Of a DNA stretch of 64,000 nt, positions 12,001 through 22,829 are shown one piece after another. The notes beneath the pieces were generated by a model. The model was not told the origin of the DNA and did not search any database. It saw only the letters and a program-made list of their open reading frames with translations. Within the stretch, counting starts at the first letter, position 1; every line of letters begins with the position of its first letter. The stretch covers positions 28,582,001-28,646,000 of the forward strand of contig OZ024748.1 of assembly GCA_964016885.1 (NCBI GenBank). Direction: 5' to 3'. The position numbers and the translations under genes were made by a program. Source of the stretch: Eledone cirrhosa (lineage: Eukaryota).

Positions 12001-12483
12001 TGCTACCGAGGAGCCTTGCCAGTTCGGGATAAACTCTACAGGCATGGAGGTGCCGTCAGCCGGGCATGTCCGAGATGCGCGCAGGGCGACGAAACCGTCC
12101 TGCACGCACTCGTCCAGTGTCCGAAAATTGCTGACTTGTGGGTTTATGTCGAACACCTGCTGTCGCGTTTAGGACGGATCCAGCTATCATCTGAGTCTAT
12201 CGTGAGGATTGCCCCGCCCTCCTCCTTTAGCCGGGAAGGGCAGGCAGTTTTTATCTGTCTGGTGGCCATGGCGAAAGAGATAGTATGGTGGACACGTTTG
12301 AAAGGGCTGAAGACGAGCACTTACCTCTTCGGTGATGCTCTGATTGACTTTTTCAAATTTCATTTGAAAAGGAAAATCAGAGTAGAGAAGGAAGTGCTCT
12401 CTTCCCAGCATTTTGTTGAAAGATGGGTGAGAGAAGCAAGAATGGCCCGAGTGAATGGGCCGACTCTGAGTATATATCTGTAA
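9064..12483 (+). CDS. Tx1 ORF2: AP-like endonuclease + reverse transcriptase + C-terminal CCHC domain (1139 aa)
   Basis: APE motifs SINARG, AISET, VYAP, GDWN, YLDR, TDHK; RT motifs KSPGLDGLP, FRPITLL, DQSKAFDRV, RQGCPLS, YADD; C-terminal CPRC..ETVLHALVQC. Open throughout. Confidence 0.96.
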   Translation: MTSLRIGSINARGLGSSWKQGHLLNDLRSLNIDVVAISETRISEARAFAPIFGGFDVYASPSRPGSGGGVAVLFRRGLDLAIRAIFLDPEGKLVVLDVTSGDGQAFRLVAVYAPTGAGRPDFFRRLETFLGTSRSLVLVGDWNGILDARWDCVGLADRGGGCKSLTNLLRRFELSDRYRLDFPNVPMWTWTNRIGSSRSYLDRVFCREIDRSSIGCPQFKIVSYTDHKFVICVLDLDRLHRRGPGYWKLNASLPARKAYRDRISELVKRALTGAIVNNKWWFALKRAIRIESIRFSKALAIEKNRAEGELVRKLDEALSKGIATDVLAAKLALDQFFNAKHEGCVVRARVRALRHEGTKAVQWARVAEARRGNKATIRSLVDHDGRMLLDPGQMCEAFQRHFAQLFGGSGGPGRGMDFSVYLDGLPRLSATEAKCCEKPITAAEVREAMTGCTRGKSPGLDGLPYELYVQMPDLFGGLLADVYCNWQQNGRIPSSVSRGAVALLRKDPNKGDNIDNFRPITLLNTEFKILAKVLAKRLALVVGGLVGEAQTCAIPDRSIHDNLHLMRYIVERVAREPGTGGSLINLDQSKAFDRVDHRYLAAVLRAAGFGPVFRGWIAAMHSDICSVVRVNGHLSEPFNIMRSVRQGCPLSSLLYVLTLEPLLHKLETLRGVPRELGCGRSVSAYADDVTVVVSNAKHIEAIGTTLREYEAVTGAMINQEKSVGLQLGTWRGRSMPSNSVVGRWTDGPVKLLGVWFGPDLQTDKNWDEVTSRVASLTQKWAERKLSLKGRAEVANAYIASVICYRLTVVPCPKPRLTALERLLFRFLWKGRAPMVRRSICCQHPLRGGLGMPWLMMRRHALRLRHLHLFLDGDQVWSPFARRVFPQLVSLTELQSWVKRRPRGSAWRLECLQALTALDQSGNVIGGNSTSAFYRGLVEGKSDDVLGETLGVDENQLANLFGRTFGPGPMDNFQKSLAWQCYRGALPVRDKLYRHGGAVSRACPRCAQGDETVLHALVQCPKIADLWVYVEHLLSRLGRIQLSSESIVRIAPPSSFSREGQAVFICLVAMAKEIVWWTRLKGLKTSTYLFGDALIDFFKFHLKRKIRVEKEVLSSQHFVERWVREARMARVNGPTLSIYL

Positions 12484-12744
12484 ACTAAAGGTGGAAAACT
12501 GGGAGAGGGCACTTGCCTTGGTGGTCAGGGTCATTGTGGCTTTTTACTGGGCTTTCTCCACAAATGTCCCTCCGAAGTCTCCCCCCTATTGGGGAATTTT
12601 TCATTGTTATTTTCATTGTTATTTTTGTTACATCCTCTGTTTTTGTTTTTTTTACACGCAGAAATGCCCATTTGTACCGTCCTGCATTGTCCTGCACTGT
12701 CCTTAATGTCTACTTTATGTAAACCCTTGTGGTTAATAAAGAAA

Positions 12745-12783
<39 letters not shown>

Positions 12784-12889
12784 TTTGAATCTCAGGCATT
12801 GATGTTATTTAACTGGAAAGTTTGTTGAAATGAATATCAAGCCGCTACCTGCCTTTTGAAGTGTTCCAAAAAGCGGGGCTGGACTAATC

Positions 12890-13260
12890 TCCAAGATGCG
12901 TGCAGAGCGACGAAACTGTCCTGCACGCACTCGTCCATGGTGAAGATCGAACCGCCGCCTTCTTTGGCCAGGAAGGGCAGGCTATTTTCCTCTGTCTGGT
13001 GCATTTGAGGAGGAGGAGAGGGGTGCCCTCGAAGCGTCGAGTGGTTCAGGATTATGCAGTACCTGAGTCCACCTTGGGTGGTTAACCCCCCCCCCTATTG
13101 GGGAACTCTTTTGTTTGTATTTTCTTGTTTATTGTTATTGTTTTCATATTTTTAATCGATTCTGTGTAAAACCCCCACTGTCCCCGTCTATTGTATTGTC
13201 CCCCATATGTCGGCCCTTGTGGCTAATACATGAAACTATTATTACTATTATTATTATCAT
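12890..13260 (+). mobile_element. Internally deleted Tx1 3' fragment with ATT-rich tail
   Basis: CCAAGATGCG..GACGAAACTGTCCTGCACGCACTCGTCCA, GGAAGGGCAGGC and CCCCTATTGGGG match ORF2 3' end/3'UTR with several gaps. Ends GGCCCTTGTGGCTAATACATGAAA + ATT repeats. Confidence 0.75.
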
Positions 13261-13265
13261 AACCA

Positions 13266-13440
13266 AGAGCGGTCGGACGCCATGCTTTGACGCATAGAGT
13301 TACGGCCCTTTCCATTCTGAGTTCAAATCCCTCCGAGGTTAACTTTGCCTTTCATCCTTACGGGGTCGATAAAATAAAGTACCAGTAATCCACTGGGCGA
13401 TTGCTGGCCTTGTGCCAAAAGTAGAAACAATTATTATCAT
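13266..13440 (+). mobile_element. tRNA-derived SINE (24-nt deletion in head)
   Basis: B box GAGTTCAAATCC, conserved body, GTAGAAACAATTATT end. Confidence 0.85.
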
Positions 13441-13534
13441 AACCATCATCATCATCTCCATTGAATCGTTTGAGACAAGAGATTGAAGCAGTTATCTGCC
13501 TCACATTTACGCATGTAGTATACTTACAAATATG

Positions 13535-13735
13535 AAACAGCAACGAAAATAGCAACGACGGCATTGACATCAGCAGTGACACGAGTGGTAACAACAATAA
13601 CAACGACAGCAATATCAAGAGCAACAACAACGACGACCATGACGACAACAACAACAATAACAACAACAATAACAACAACATTAACTACAACGACGACGAC
13701 GGCGGCGATGATATTAACATCAACAATAACAACAA
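13535..13735 (+). repeat. Degenerate (AAC)n trinucleotide tract
   Basis: ACAACAACAATA repeats. Confidence 0.7.
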
Positions 13736-13904
13736 GAGCGGAAATCAGAATTGGCTGATATGAAATAGGGGTTGCACCTGACGATGGTGTTGATTAACAA
13801 GATGGCAGACATATGATAGGAGGGGGAGAAAGAAGTTTAAACTGTGAGTGTCGGTGGGTGAATGGGGAGGGTGTTTGTATTTCTATACGTGTGCATATGT
13901 ATGT

Positions 13905-13923
13905 GAGTATATATATATATATA

Positions 13924-13977
<54 letters not shown>

Positions 13978-14019
13978 TATGTATATATATATATATACAC
14001 ACATATACATATGTGTGTA

Positions 14020-14073
<54 letters not shown>

Positions 14074-14203
14074 TATATATAGACATATATATAGACATAT
14101 ATATATACATATATATACATATATATATATTATATATATATATATATTATATATATATATATATTATATATATATATATTATATATATATATATATATAT
14201 AAT

Positions 14204-14252
<49 letters not shown>

Positions 14253-14254
14253 AT

Positions 14255-14301
<47 letters not shown>

Positions 14302-14375
14302 ATATTATATTTATATATATATATATAATACACACACATATATATACATATGTATGTGTACATATATATATATGT
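13905..14375. repeat. Long interrupted (TA)n microsatellite
   Basis: Direct reading. Many further (TA)n, (CA)n, (GA)n and (GATA)n tracts occur across the window. Confidence 0.95.
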
Positions 14376-14390
14376 GTGTATTATTATTAT

Positions 14391-14680
<290 letters not shown>

Positions 14681-15609
14681 TACACACACATACGCACATA
14701 CATAAACACAAAATCCCACAAAATCTGATTCAGCTATTTTTCTATCTATCTGTTTATCTATATTTATGCTGAGGTACACACATACACACGCAGAAACACA
14801 CAGAGAAAATTATATATATATATATGTATTTGTATATATATATATATATATATATCTGTATGTGTATATATACATATTTATATATATATGTATATATATA
14901 TATATTTATGTATGTATGTATTATACATATATATACCTATATATATGGTATCTGCTGCCACAATGGCTCCTTGTTCTCTGTCCGATTCTACGCCCTCATT
15001 CTGTAGAATCCCATAAGTAAATAACTAAGCCCTTGTTTTAAAGAGAAGGAAGGGCTCTTGCAGTGTAAGCCGGTTTATTTTTGTTTTGTTTTTGTTTTTT
15101 CTTTTTTTTTCTTTTTTTTTTCGGTGGAGGGTTCATACAAAAGGGCTGCAATTTAAGTCAGAGATCTTAGGGTGGTGTGTTAGAATTGGTTCTAGGTAAA
15201 GAGTATAATCTATGGTGGTGGTGGTGGTGGTTGTGGTGGCGGTGTGATGCTGCTGTGTTGTTGTTGTTGGTGGTGGTGGTGGTGGTGATGGTGGTGGCGT
15301 GTAGCAATCAATACTTCTAGAAAGAGTGTGGGTGTTGGTGGGATAGTGCGAGATGCCAGATTTCTGCCACAGATAAAAATGTCTCTTTATAAAGGATTTA
15401 TCTTCCCTTACCTATCTTATGGATTTTCGATTCCCGCGCTGACCTGTCGACACATTTAAATTAAGACAAAAATAACAAACAAACAAACAAAAAACGATGT
15501 AATGTTGTAGAGTTCGGGTATGTTCAGTTATTTCTGGGTGTGGTCATCGTCGTCATCGCTATTGTTATTGTTGTTGTCGTTGTTGTTTGGGGATACAGAA
15601 ACAAATGCC

Positions 15610-15772
15610 AGAGACGGATGCTTTGAAGCATAGAGTTACGTCCCTTTATGATCTGAGTTCAAATCCTGCCGAGGTTAACTTTGCCTTTCATCCTTACGGG
15701 GTCGATAAAATAAAGTACCAGTAATGCACTGGGTAATTGCTGGCCTTGTGCCTAAAATAGAAACAATTAATG
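15610..15772 (+). mobile_element. tRNA-derived SINE, 5'-truncated
   Basis: GAGTTCAAATCC plus conserved body and GGCCTTGTGCCTAAAATAGAAAC end. Confidence 0.85.
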
Positions 15773-15833
15773 ATAATAGTAGCAATAATAAAAATAATAA
15801 CAACCACAATAATAGGAAAAAGAAGAAAAGAAG

Positions 15834-15864
<31 letters not shown>

Positions 15865-15959
15865 CTTCTTCTTCTTTTCTCCAAACCAACAAACCTGTTG
15901 TTGATGTCTAAAAGATATTCAGCATTGGGAGGTTGCTATAACATCGCTGAATATTTAAA

Positions 15960-16237
15960 TATTGTTATAATATCGCTGAATATTTAAATAGAATCGTTGA
16001 ATATTTAAATGTTGTTATATAAGTGTTGTAAAGCTTGGTTAGGTTTTTCCCGAATTTATTTATTTGTCTGTTTATATATTTTTTCAAGATCAATAAGCTG
16101 TTATCTCTATAGATCCCTCCGTTAATAAATTGGAATTTATCATCGATTAAGTTTAAAATATACAAGCCAACTCTATTTGAGACTTCTGGTAAGTTTCTTT
16201 GGCTCCCATGCTTACGTAAAAAACAAATTGCATATTA

Positions 16238-16269
<32 letters not shown>

Positions 16270-16800
16270 TAATCCATGTTTTTATTATAGAAAAGAATCG
16301 ATTTTCTGACATGTAATATTGTTTGTATATCGTTATCTGTAATGGAGGAATTAGAATTTAGCAAAATTTAGTGCTTTTAAAAGCAGAGGCTTAGTCATGA
16401 AAGGGTAATAATAATTTTTTACATCAAAAATTAGGGGGAATGTATTTTCGTACCAATTTATTTCTGATATTGTTTGAAAACGTTCATCTGGAACATTTTC
16501 GGATTTATTGTTGATTTTGTCTGGGACGCTTTGACTAATTCTTCCCAGTTATCTCTTAGTTGTATTTTTTAATCTGATCATGGGATTATTTATAAAATTA
16601 ATCTTATGGTCCTTAATAGTAATATAAATATATATTTTTTGTATGTGTGTTAGGAATTCGACTCTCTGATATACGTTAAAACCGGAGTCTATATTTTCGG
16701 TCACGCAGTTTATAAATATAAATAATGGTGTTTCTTAGTAAATTATTTTAACTGTCTCAGTTCGTTTTGTATCCCTCCTTTGGTACGTCTACCTTCAAAA
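15960..16800 (-). pseudogene. Decayed Penelope-like reverse transcriptase
   Basis: Minus-strand frames give LGRISQSVPDKIN, IFDVKNYYYPFMTKPLLLKALNFA, VSMGA, VGLYILNLIDDK..GIYRDN, resembling PLE RT motifs (FDI..FYP, MGS, YRDD). Many stops and frameshifts. Confidence 0.7.
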
Positions 16801-16829
16801 ATATGTTGCTTGATTTCTGGATATCTTTT

Positions 16830-17030
16830 ATACAGAGTGTCCATAAAGTCTGGACACAGGCAAAATGCATATTTTCAATTTAAAAAATTCAATATTTTAT
16901 TTAATTGAAATATTAATACATAACACCTTCAAATTGATTTCCTTCATTTGTGATGTAAAGTTCGATGCGCTTTGCGAGATTCACATGAACCCGGGGCATT
17001 AAATCCACATTTCTGTTTAGGGATACACTA
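16830..17030 (-). mobile_element. Tc1/mariner transposon terminus
   Basis: TA-CAGAGTGTCCATAAAG terminal motif; minus frame NLAKRIELYITNEGNQFE resembles a mariner-type transposase C-terminus. Confidence 0.55.
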
Positions 17031-17340
17031 TATTATTGTCAATTATCTTCAGAAAGATGTCAAGTTTATTTTAATGTTATATTCTCACCTAAGCGGTAAG
17101 GGTGTCGAATAGAATGCTTTGTAGCACTCATTCTAGCAGAGTTCTGAATTCTGAGTTCAAGTCCCATCGATGGATAAAGTTCCACTCCAGTATTGAAAAC
17201 TATACATAAAACAAAGACAACTCAATGTATTTTTTGCAGAGAACTATATACGTATTTGTATTAATACCTGAATGGTGAATTTTGAATGGATAGATAGATA
17301 AATAGATAGATAGCTGATGGATGGATGGGTAATTGGATGA

Positions 17341-17411
<71 letters not shown>

Positions 17412-17413
<2 letters not shown>

Positions 17414-17486
17414 GGGTGTCCCGAAAAATATATACGCACTTTGATTAGAATGCTGTTAAAGTGTGTATACATTTTCTGAGCACATC

Positions 17487-17489
<3 letters not shown>
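17412..17489. mobile_element. ~80-bp Tc1/mariner-type MITE in (TA)n
   Basis: Imperfect TIRs CAGGGTGTCCCGAAAAATATATACGCACTTT / AAAGTGTGTATACATTTTCTGAGCACATCCTG, TA-rich flanks. Confidence 0.65.
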
Positions 17490-17529
<40 letters not shown>

Positions 17530-17550
17530 TTGGAGCTCTGAAATAGCAAT

Positions 17551-17788
17551 ATATATATGAATGTATATATAATGTATTTTGCAATACACTTTATGGTTAA
17601 TTAAAAGCATTTTGAAGACCGTATGCTATTGTTTTAGAGTAGTGACAAACTCACTTACTTTAATCTCAGCAAACATTTTGCTGAGATTAAAGTAAGTGAG
17701 TTTGTCACTACTCTAAAACAATAGCATACGGTCTTCAAAATGCTTTTAATTAACCATAAAGTGTATTGCAAAATACATTATATATACA

Positions 17789-17799
<11 letters not shown>
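17551..17799. repeat. Near-perfect palindrome, ~120-bp arms, 3-nt loop (CAT, 17674-17676)
   Basis: Left arm ...CTTTAATCTCAGCAAA, right arm TTTGCTGAGATTAAAG...; reverse-complement out to the flanking (TA)n. Confidence 0.92.
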
Positions 17800-17839
<40 letters not shown>

Positions 17840-17894
17840 TAATAAAAACAATGAAATAAAAACAAAGAACAGGTTCCTTATATTGAAAAAAAAA

Positions 17895-18033
17895 TCATCA
17901 TTTTACGATCGTTTCTGGGATATATATGTGTCGGTATGTATATCATATTAAAGATCTATGTAAAAAAATATTACAAATTATCAGAGGAGATATACATACC
18001 TTCACCTTTATATGCCATCTTCAGAAATGATGA
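17895..18033 (-). ncRNA. Type I hammerhead ribozyme motif with long stem II insert
   Basis: Minus strand TCATCATTT-CTGAAGA-TGGCATATA...TATATCCCA-GAAA-CGATCG-TA-AAATGATGA: 9-bp stem I, palindromic stem III, GUA site. Confidence 0.7.
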
Positions 18034-18239
18034 AGTATGTTTATTGAAAGAAACAAGTATTAATACAAAAAGTCTGTTTGGGAACAGGTTTTGAATTGAC
18101 CATACGGATTGGACACTACCGTTTATTTTGATAGATTTATCTACATATATATATATATATAGTTAGAAAGAACAAACAAAACGCAGTAGTCAATTGTACA
18201 CAGTTGTATTAGGTTGACGCTTGGTGGGAGTGGAGGAGG

Positions 18240-18275
18240 TTTCGACGTTTCGAACTTAAGTCCTTTATCAGGAAA
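18240..18275 (-). ncRNA. Minimal hammerhead-like motif (G8>A), Penelope pseudo-LTR type
   Basis: Minus strand TTTC-CTGATAA-A-GGAC TTAA GTTC-GAAACGTC-GAAA. Confidence 0.5.
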
Positions 18276-19164
18276 GTTGAGAGGAACTCCGAGAAGGAGT
18301 AAGGAAAGTTGTAGGGAGGGAAATTAACAAGTAAAGCACACAAAAAAGTGAAAATAAAGGGGTGGGAGGGGTCTATAGAGCCAGGATGGCGAGGGTGTGG
18401 TAATGTGTATAGGGTTGTGGGGGGGAGGTTGTGGGGGGGGATCAGTGTCCGGGCAGGGATGGCGGAAGGTAAGGTGTGTGTGTATGTGTAAATGTGAGTG
18501 TGTGTGTGTGTATGTGTGGATGTAAGTATGAGAGTCTGAAAGGAAGAGAGTGAATGTGAATTTAGGTTCTGAAAAGACATTGTATATGTGTTGAAGTGGT
18601 GTATATGTCTGTGCGTGTATATGTTCCTGTATGGGTGTTGGTGTGTATGTGTGTATGTGGATGGAGGGGCCGGATGGGATGAGAACGTATCGAATCCGGA
18701 GGCGGTGTGGGGTGAAGTGCGAATGTATGTGTAGATGTGCGTGTGTCTGTTTGTGGTTGAAAAGGAGTGAATGTGTGTGTGTGTGTAGTTGGGTAGTGAG
18801 AACAGACGCGTGCGTAGTATGTCTATGGAGGATGTAAGTTAGTGAAAGGTGCGTAGTTTCGTGTGTGCGGAAACGATGCAAATATCTGTGTGTGTCTATG
18901 TTTCTGTATGGGTGTTGGTGTTGGTGTGTGTGTGTGGATCGTAAAATCCCGGGGGGGGGGGGTAGGTGAGGTAGATGGCATCATGGGGCAAAGTCCATGA
19001 GGAGCGAGAGAAAAATGGCGATGAGGAAGTGAAATGGCAGTGTGGCGCGCGCAACCGGAAGTAGTGATCAAGTCGAAAGAGTGGGAGGAGAAGGTGGTGA
19101 TGGCAGGACGGTGTGTGAGAGGGAGGGGATGAGAGGAGGTGGTGCCAACATATATATATATATA

Positions 19165-19421
19165 TATGATAATAATGGATCTGCGGCGCTGCAAATGGGT
19201 TACATATGAAAAAGTTTGTCCTCATCAGTGGCCTTCCAACCGTCGTAGGCATTTCGTCGCATTAAAGGCCATATACCTCAGGTTGGTGCGAGCAACGGCT
19301 AAAAAAAGTCGTTGGGACACGTAAATAAGGGGGACGCTAGGGTAAACAAACAAAATGATTTAAGCAACAGAAAGTGATGAAGAAGAAACAAGTCCCAGAT
19401 TTCTTGTTGCTTAAACCATTT
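19165..19421 (-). mobile_element. Dispersed ~250-bp repeat next to (TA)n; inverted copy at 60117-60360
   Basis: Reverse complement is nearly identical to 60117-60360 (shared translation MPTTVGRPLMRTNFFICNPFAAPQ). Contains CTGATGAGGAC. Probably a PLE terminus (inference). Confidence 0.7.
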
Positions 19422-19854
19422 TGTTTGTTGAGAAGAAGACTGGAAAATAGAATCTTGTGTATATAGAGAGAGGTAGTCCTGGTAGCAGCAGCAGCAGTGG
19501 TGGTAGTTGTGTTTTTCCACACAGAACAAAATTGTTTTTAGGGAGAGGAAGATTTTCTGTAAATATATGTGTGTATCTTAATTGTGTTAATGGACTGGTC
19601 AAGAGTTCAGATGGGGGTGGCGAAGAGGGGAAATGTAAGCTCGAGACAAATTCTATGTGTGAGGGAGGCCAAAGTAGGGTTGTAAAAGAGATTCTATTTT
19701 TGGAATATAGTTTTAGAGAGTATAAGTGTGTACATGTGAGTGTATATATAAAAATACACACACGTGTGTGTGGGGAGGGGGGGTGCGTGTGTGTGCTTCA
19801 GTCTGTCTGTCACAGGTCCCTTTGTGGTGGGAAATTATATATATATAAAATTAT

Positions 19855-19971
<117 letters not shown>

Positions 19972-19974
19972 TGG

Positions 19975-20098
<124 letters not shown>

Positions 20099-20674
20099 TC
20101 CAGTCTGTAGATGAAAGTAACACGACAGACAGAGATATCCAATCAGACGTCGTTCGAGATTAATTAAAAAAATACTTGAACACTAATTTCATTATTTATC
20201 CAATGAACTGATGATACACACACACACACACAGATTAAAAGAACAACGAAATCAATAACAACTTCAACAATAATAACACATATAAACATATAACAATAAC
20301 AAGGACAACAACAACAATTAAATCTTGATTAGTTTCATAATTTTCCCCCCAAACGTTGACGTTCAAAGAGGTTTAAAAATAGGCACAGCATAAAACAAAT
20401 ACCAGAAAATACCCCGCTACTACCACCACCACCACCACCACAAACAACAACAACAACAACAGCACTACCACCACCACTACCACCACCACCACCAACAACA
20501 ACAACAGCAGCACTACCATCACCGCTATCTCTACCACCACCACCACCACCAAAAACACCACTACTACCACCGCAGACACCCCTATGGTCACTACCAACAA
20601 TACCTTTATTATCACTAACACCAATAACTAAACCAGTACTAACACCATCAACATCTGTATTACAACCAGTTTCA

Positions 20675-20731
<57 letters not shown>

Positions 20732-20735
20732 TGCA

Positions 20736-20938
20736 TATTGTTATACTTTGGGAGGGTCATGTTGCCAATAAGAAACACACGCACCAGTTGCTTTCACTTC
20801 AATTTATTATAATAAATTGAAGTGAAAGCAACTGGTGCGTGTGTTTCTTATTCGCAACATGACCCTCCCAAAGTATAACAATATCGGTTTCAACACACGA
20901 TTTCAGATAAAGAATCTTGCTAAACAAATTCAGAAACG

Positions 20939-20980
<42 letters not shown>

Positions 20981-21696
20981 CGAAGGAATTGTGGTAAGGA
21001 ACCAGATGGACCATAACGCACCAGAATACTCAATACTTTAGGGTAATAGAAAAATGTTTAATTTAGTGCAGAAATAGCCGTCGAAACGGCTTGAGCTCTG
21101 CCGTCGGGGTCATACCTTTTCATATATATATATATATCGGTAGTTACCACAATTCCGGTTTGTATTTATTTTCTTGATTTATTCTTAAATTGAGCCTGGC
21201 AAACCATATTGTCCATAGTTAGTATTTTTTCAGCTTAGCAAACCTGGACCCTTACGATTTGAACACATATATGTATATATCTGTGTTTATCTCTCTTTTA
21301 TATTCAATTATAATATACGGCTCGGAAAAATCTCTTTCCTCGAGCCATTTTATTGTAAGAGACTATTTTGAGTTTCTAACTCAATATATACCTTTGATAT
21401 ACATATATATATATTGTTATGCTTTGGGAGGGTCGCGTTGCCAATAAGAAACACACGCACCAGTTGCTTTCACTCCAATTTATTATAAATTAAATTTATA
21501 AATTTAAGAATTTATAAATTTCCGGTTGGTTGGTTCCACAACCAGACGATTGTTCATATATTGTCAAAGTTCTTTCGTCACACATTCTGTGACCTCTTCA
21601 GTGACCTCTTCAGTGACTGGGGATTCCTTTCTTTGTTTATATCGGTTTCAACACACGTTTTCAGATAAAGAATCTTGCTAAACAAATTCAGAAACG

Positions 21697-21700
<4 letters not shown>
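20736..21700. mobile_element. Cluster of short non-coding (TA)n-embedded elements (PLE-derived), including a palindrome at 20736-20883
   Basis: Module TTGTTATACTTTGGGAGGGTCATGTTGCCAATAAGAAACACACGCACCAGTTGC recurs at 21414, 44531, 44835-44890(-) and 53513(-). A second module AACGAAGGAATTGTGGTAAGGAACCAG..GACCCCGACGGCAG recurs at 20979, 42741, 46046-46243 and 63919. Confidence 0.7.
21563..21605 (-). ncRNA. Minimal hammerhead ribozyme motif
   Basis: Minus strand GTCA-CTGAAGA-G-GTCAC AGAATGT GTGAC-GAAA-GAAC-TT-TGAC: stems I and II paired, core intact. Confidence 0.65.
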
Positions 21701-21755
<55 letters not shown>

Positions 21756-22731
21756 TAAAATAATTAACAAAGAAAGAACAACACAATGAACGGAAACAAA
21801 ACAAAACGAAAAACAATTTTTTAAGGGGAAACCTTAAAAAATTATTTTCAAAAAATAAAAATACAAACGAAGGACACAAAACTCCATGCTCATCGGCCGT
21901 TGAGATGAACTTTGGCAGTTTCGACCCCTACCAACAGTACTGTTGATCCATTCGGGGTCAGAGCGTCTGACATAAGCCAAACGCTGTCCAGTGGATTAAA
22001 AGACGAGAAACAAAAATGGCGAAAGCCAATGACTCAGCACCTTTACTTGACAGCCCAAATAGGTAGCGGTCGCAACTATTACCACCATTAAGAAAAGAGA
22101 TAACCAACACAGTGACAACAAAAACAACAACACCAGTAACAACAACATTTATGTGTGTGTGTATATCAACAAAACGATGAGGACACCTAAATAATATCAC
22201 CCTCGTACAACTACAACACCGGAGATTTACTTAATCATCTAAAATATATATATACATACATATCTTAAATCATCACAGCCAAACGAACTTCACTGTCGCC
22301 ATCATCACCACCACCACCGCCGTCGTCACCAACAAGTGTTTATATGTCTGGAAGAAGAAAACAAAGAGGAGCAACAGAATTACCAGATCAAGGAATTAGC
22401 CAGGATCAATTGTATCACACGTATATACATACACAATTACATACATATTGATATATACTTATACCTGTTCATAATTATACCCATATTACACACACTATGA
22501 CAAATTTGTCTTTGTGCATCTGTCCATATATGATAATCAGTGTTTATAAATACATAACTATATCAACTATTGACACATTTTACAATCGGGCCTAGATTTA
22601 TATGTATGCACACACCCATACACATTGACATGAGAATGTCCACATACAAGCACGTACATACATCTTATACTTTGGTGTCATAGCCCAAACCTGGAAGTGT
22701 GTGTGTGTTGCCGAGGTGTGGGTGTGTGTGT

Positions 22732-22820
<89 letters not shown>

Positions 22821-22829
22821 CATATATAT

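Larger units (their letters stand above)
6720..12782 (+). mobile_element. Full-length Tx1-clade non-LTR retrotransposon, copy 2 (young, ORF2 intact)
   Basis: Starts directly after the (ATT)n tail of copy 1; ORF1 + 35-nt spacer + ORF2; 3'UTR ends AATAAAGAAA with (ATT)n at 12747-12782. Confidence 0.93.
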
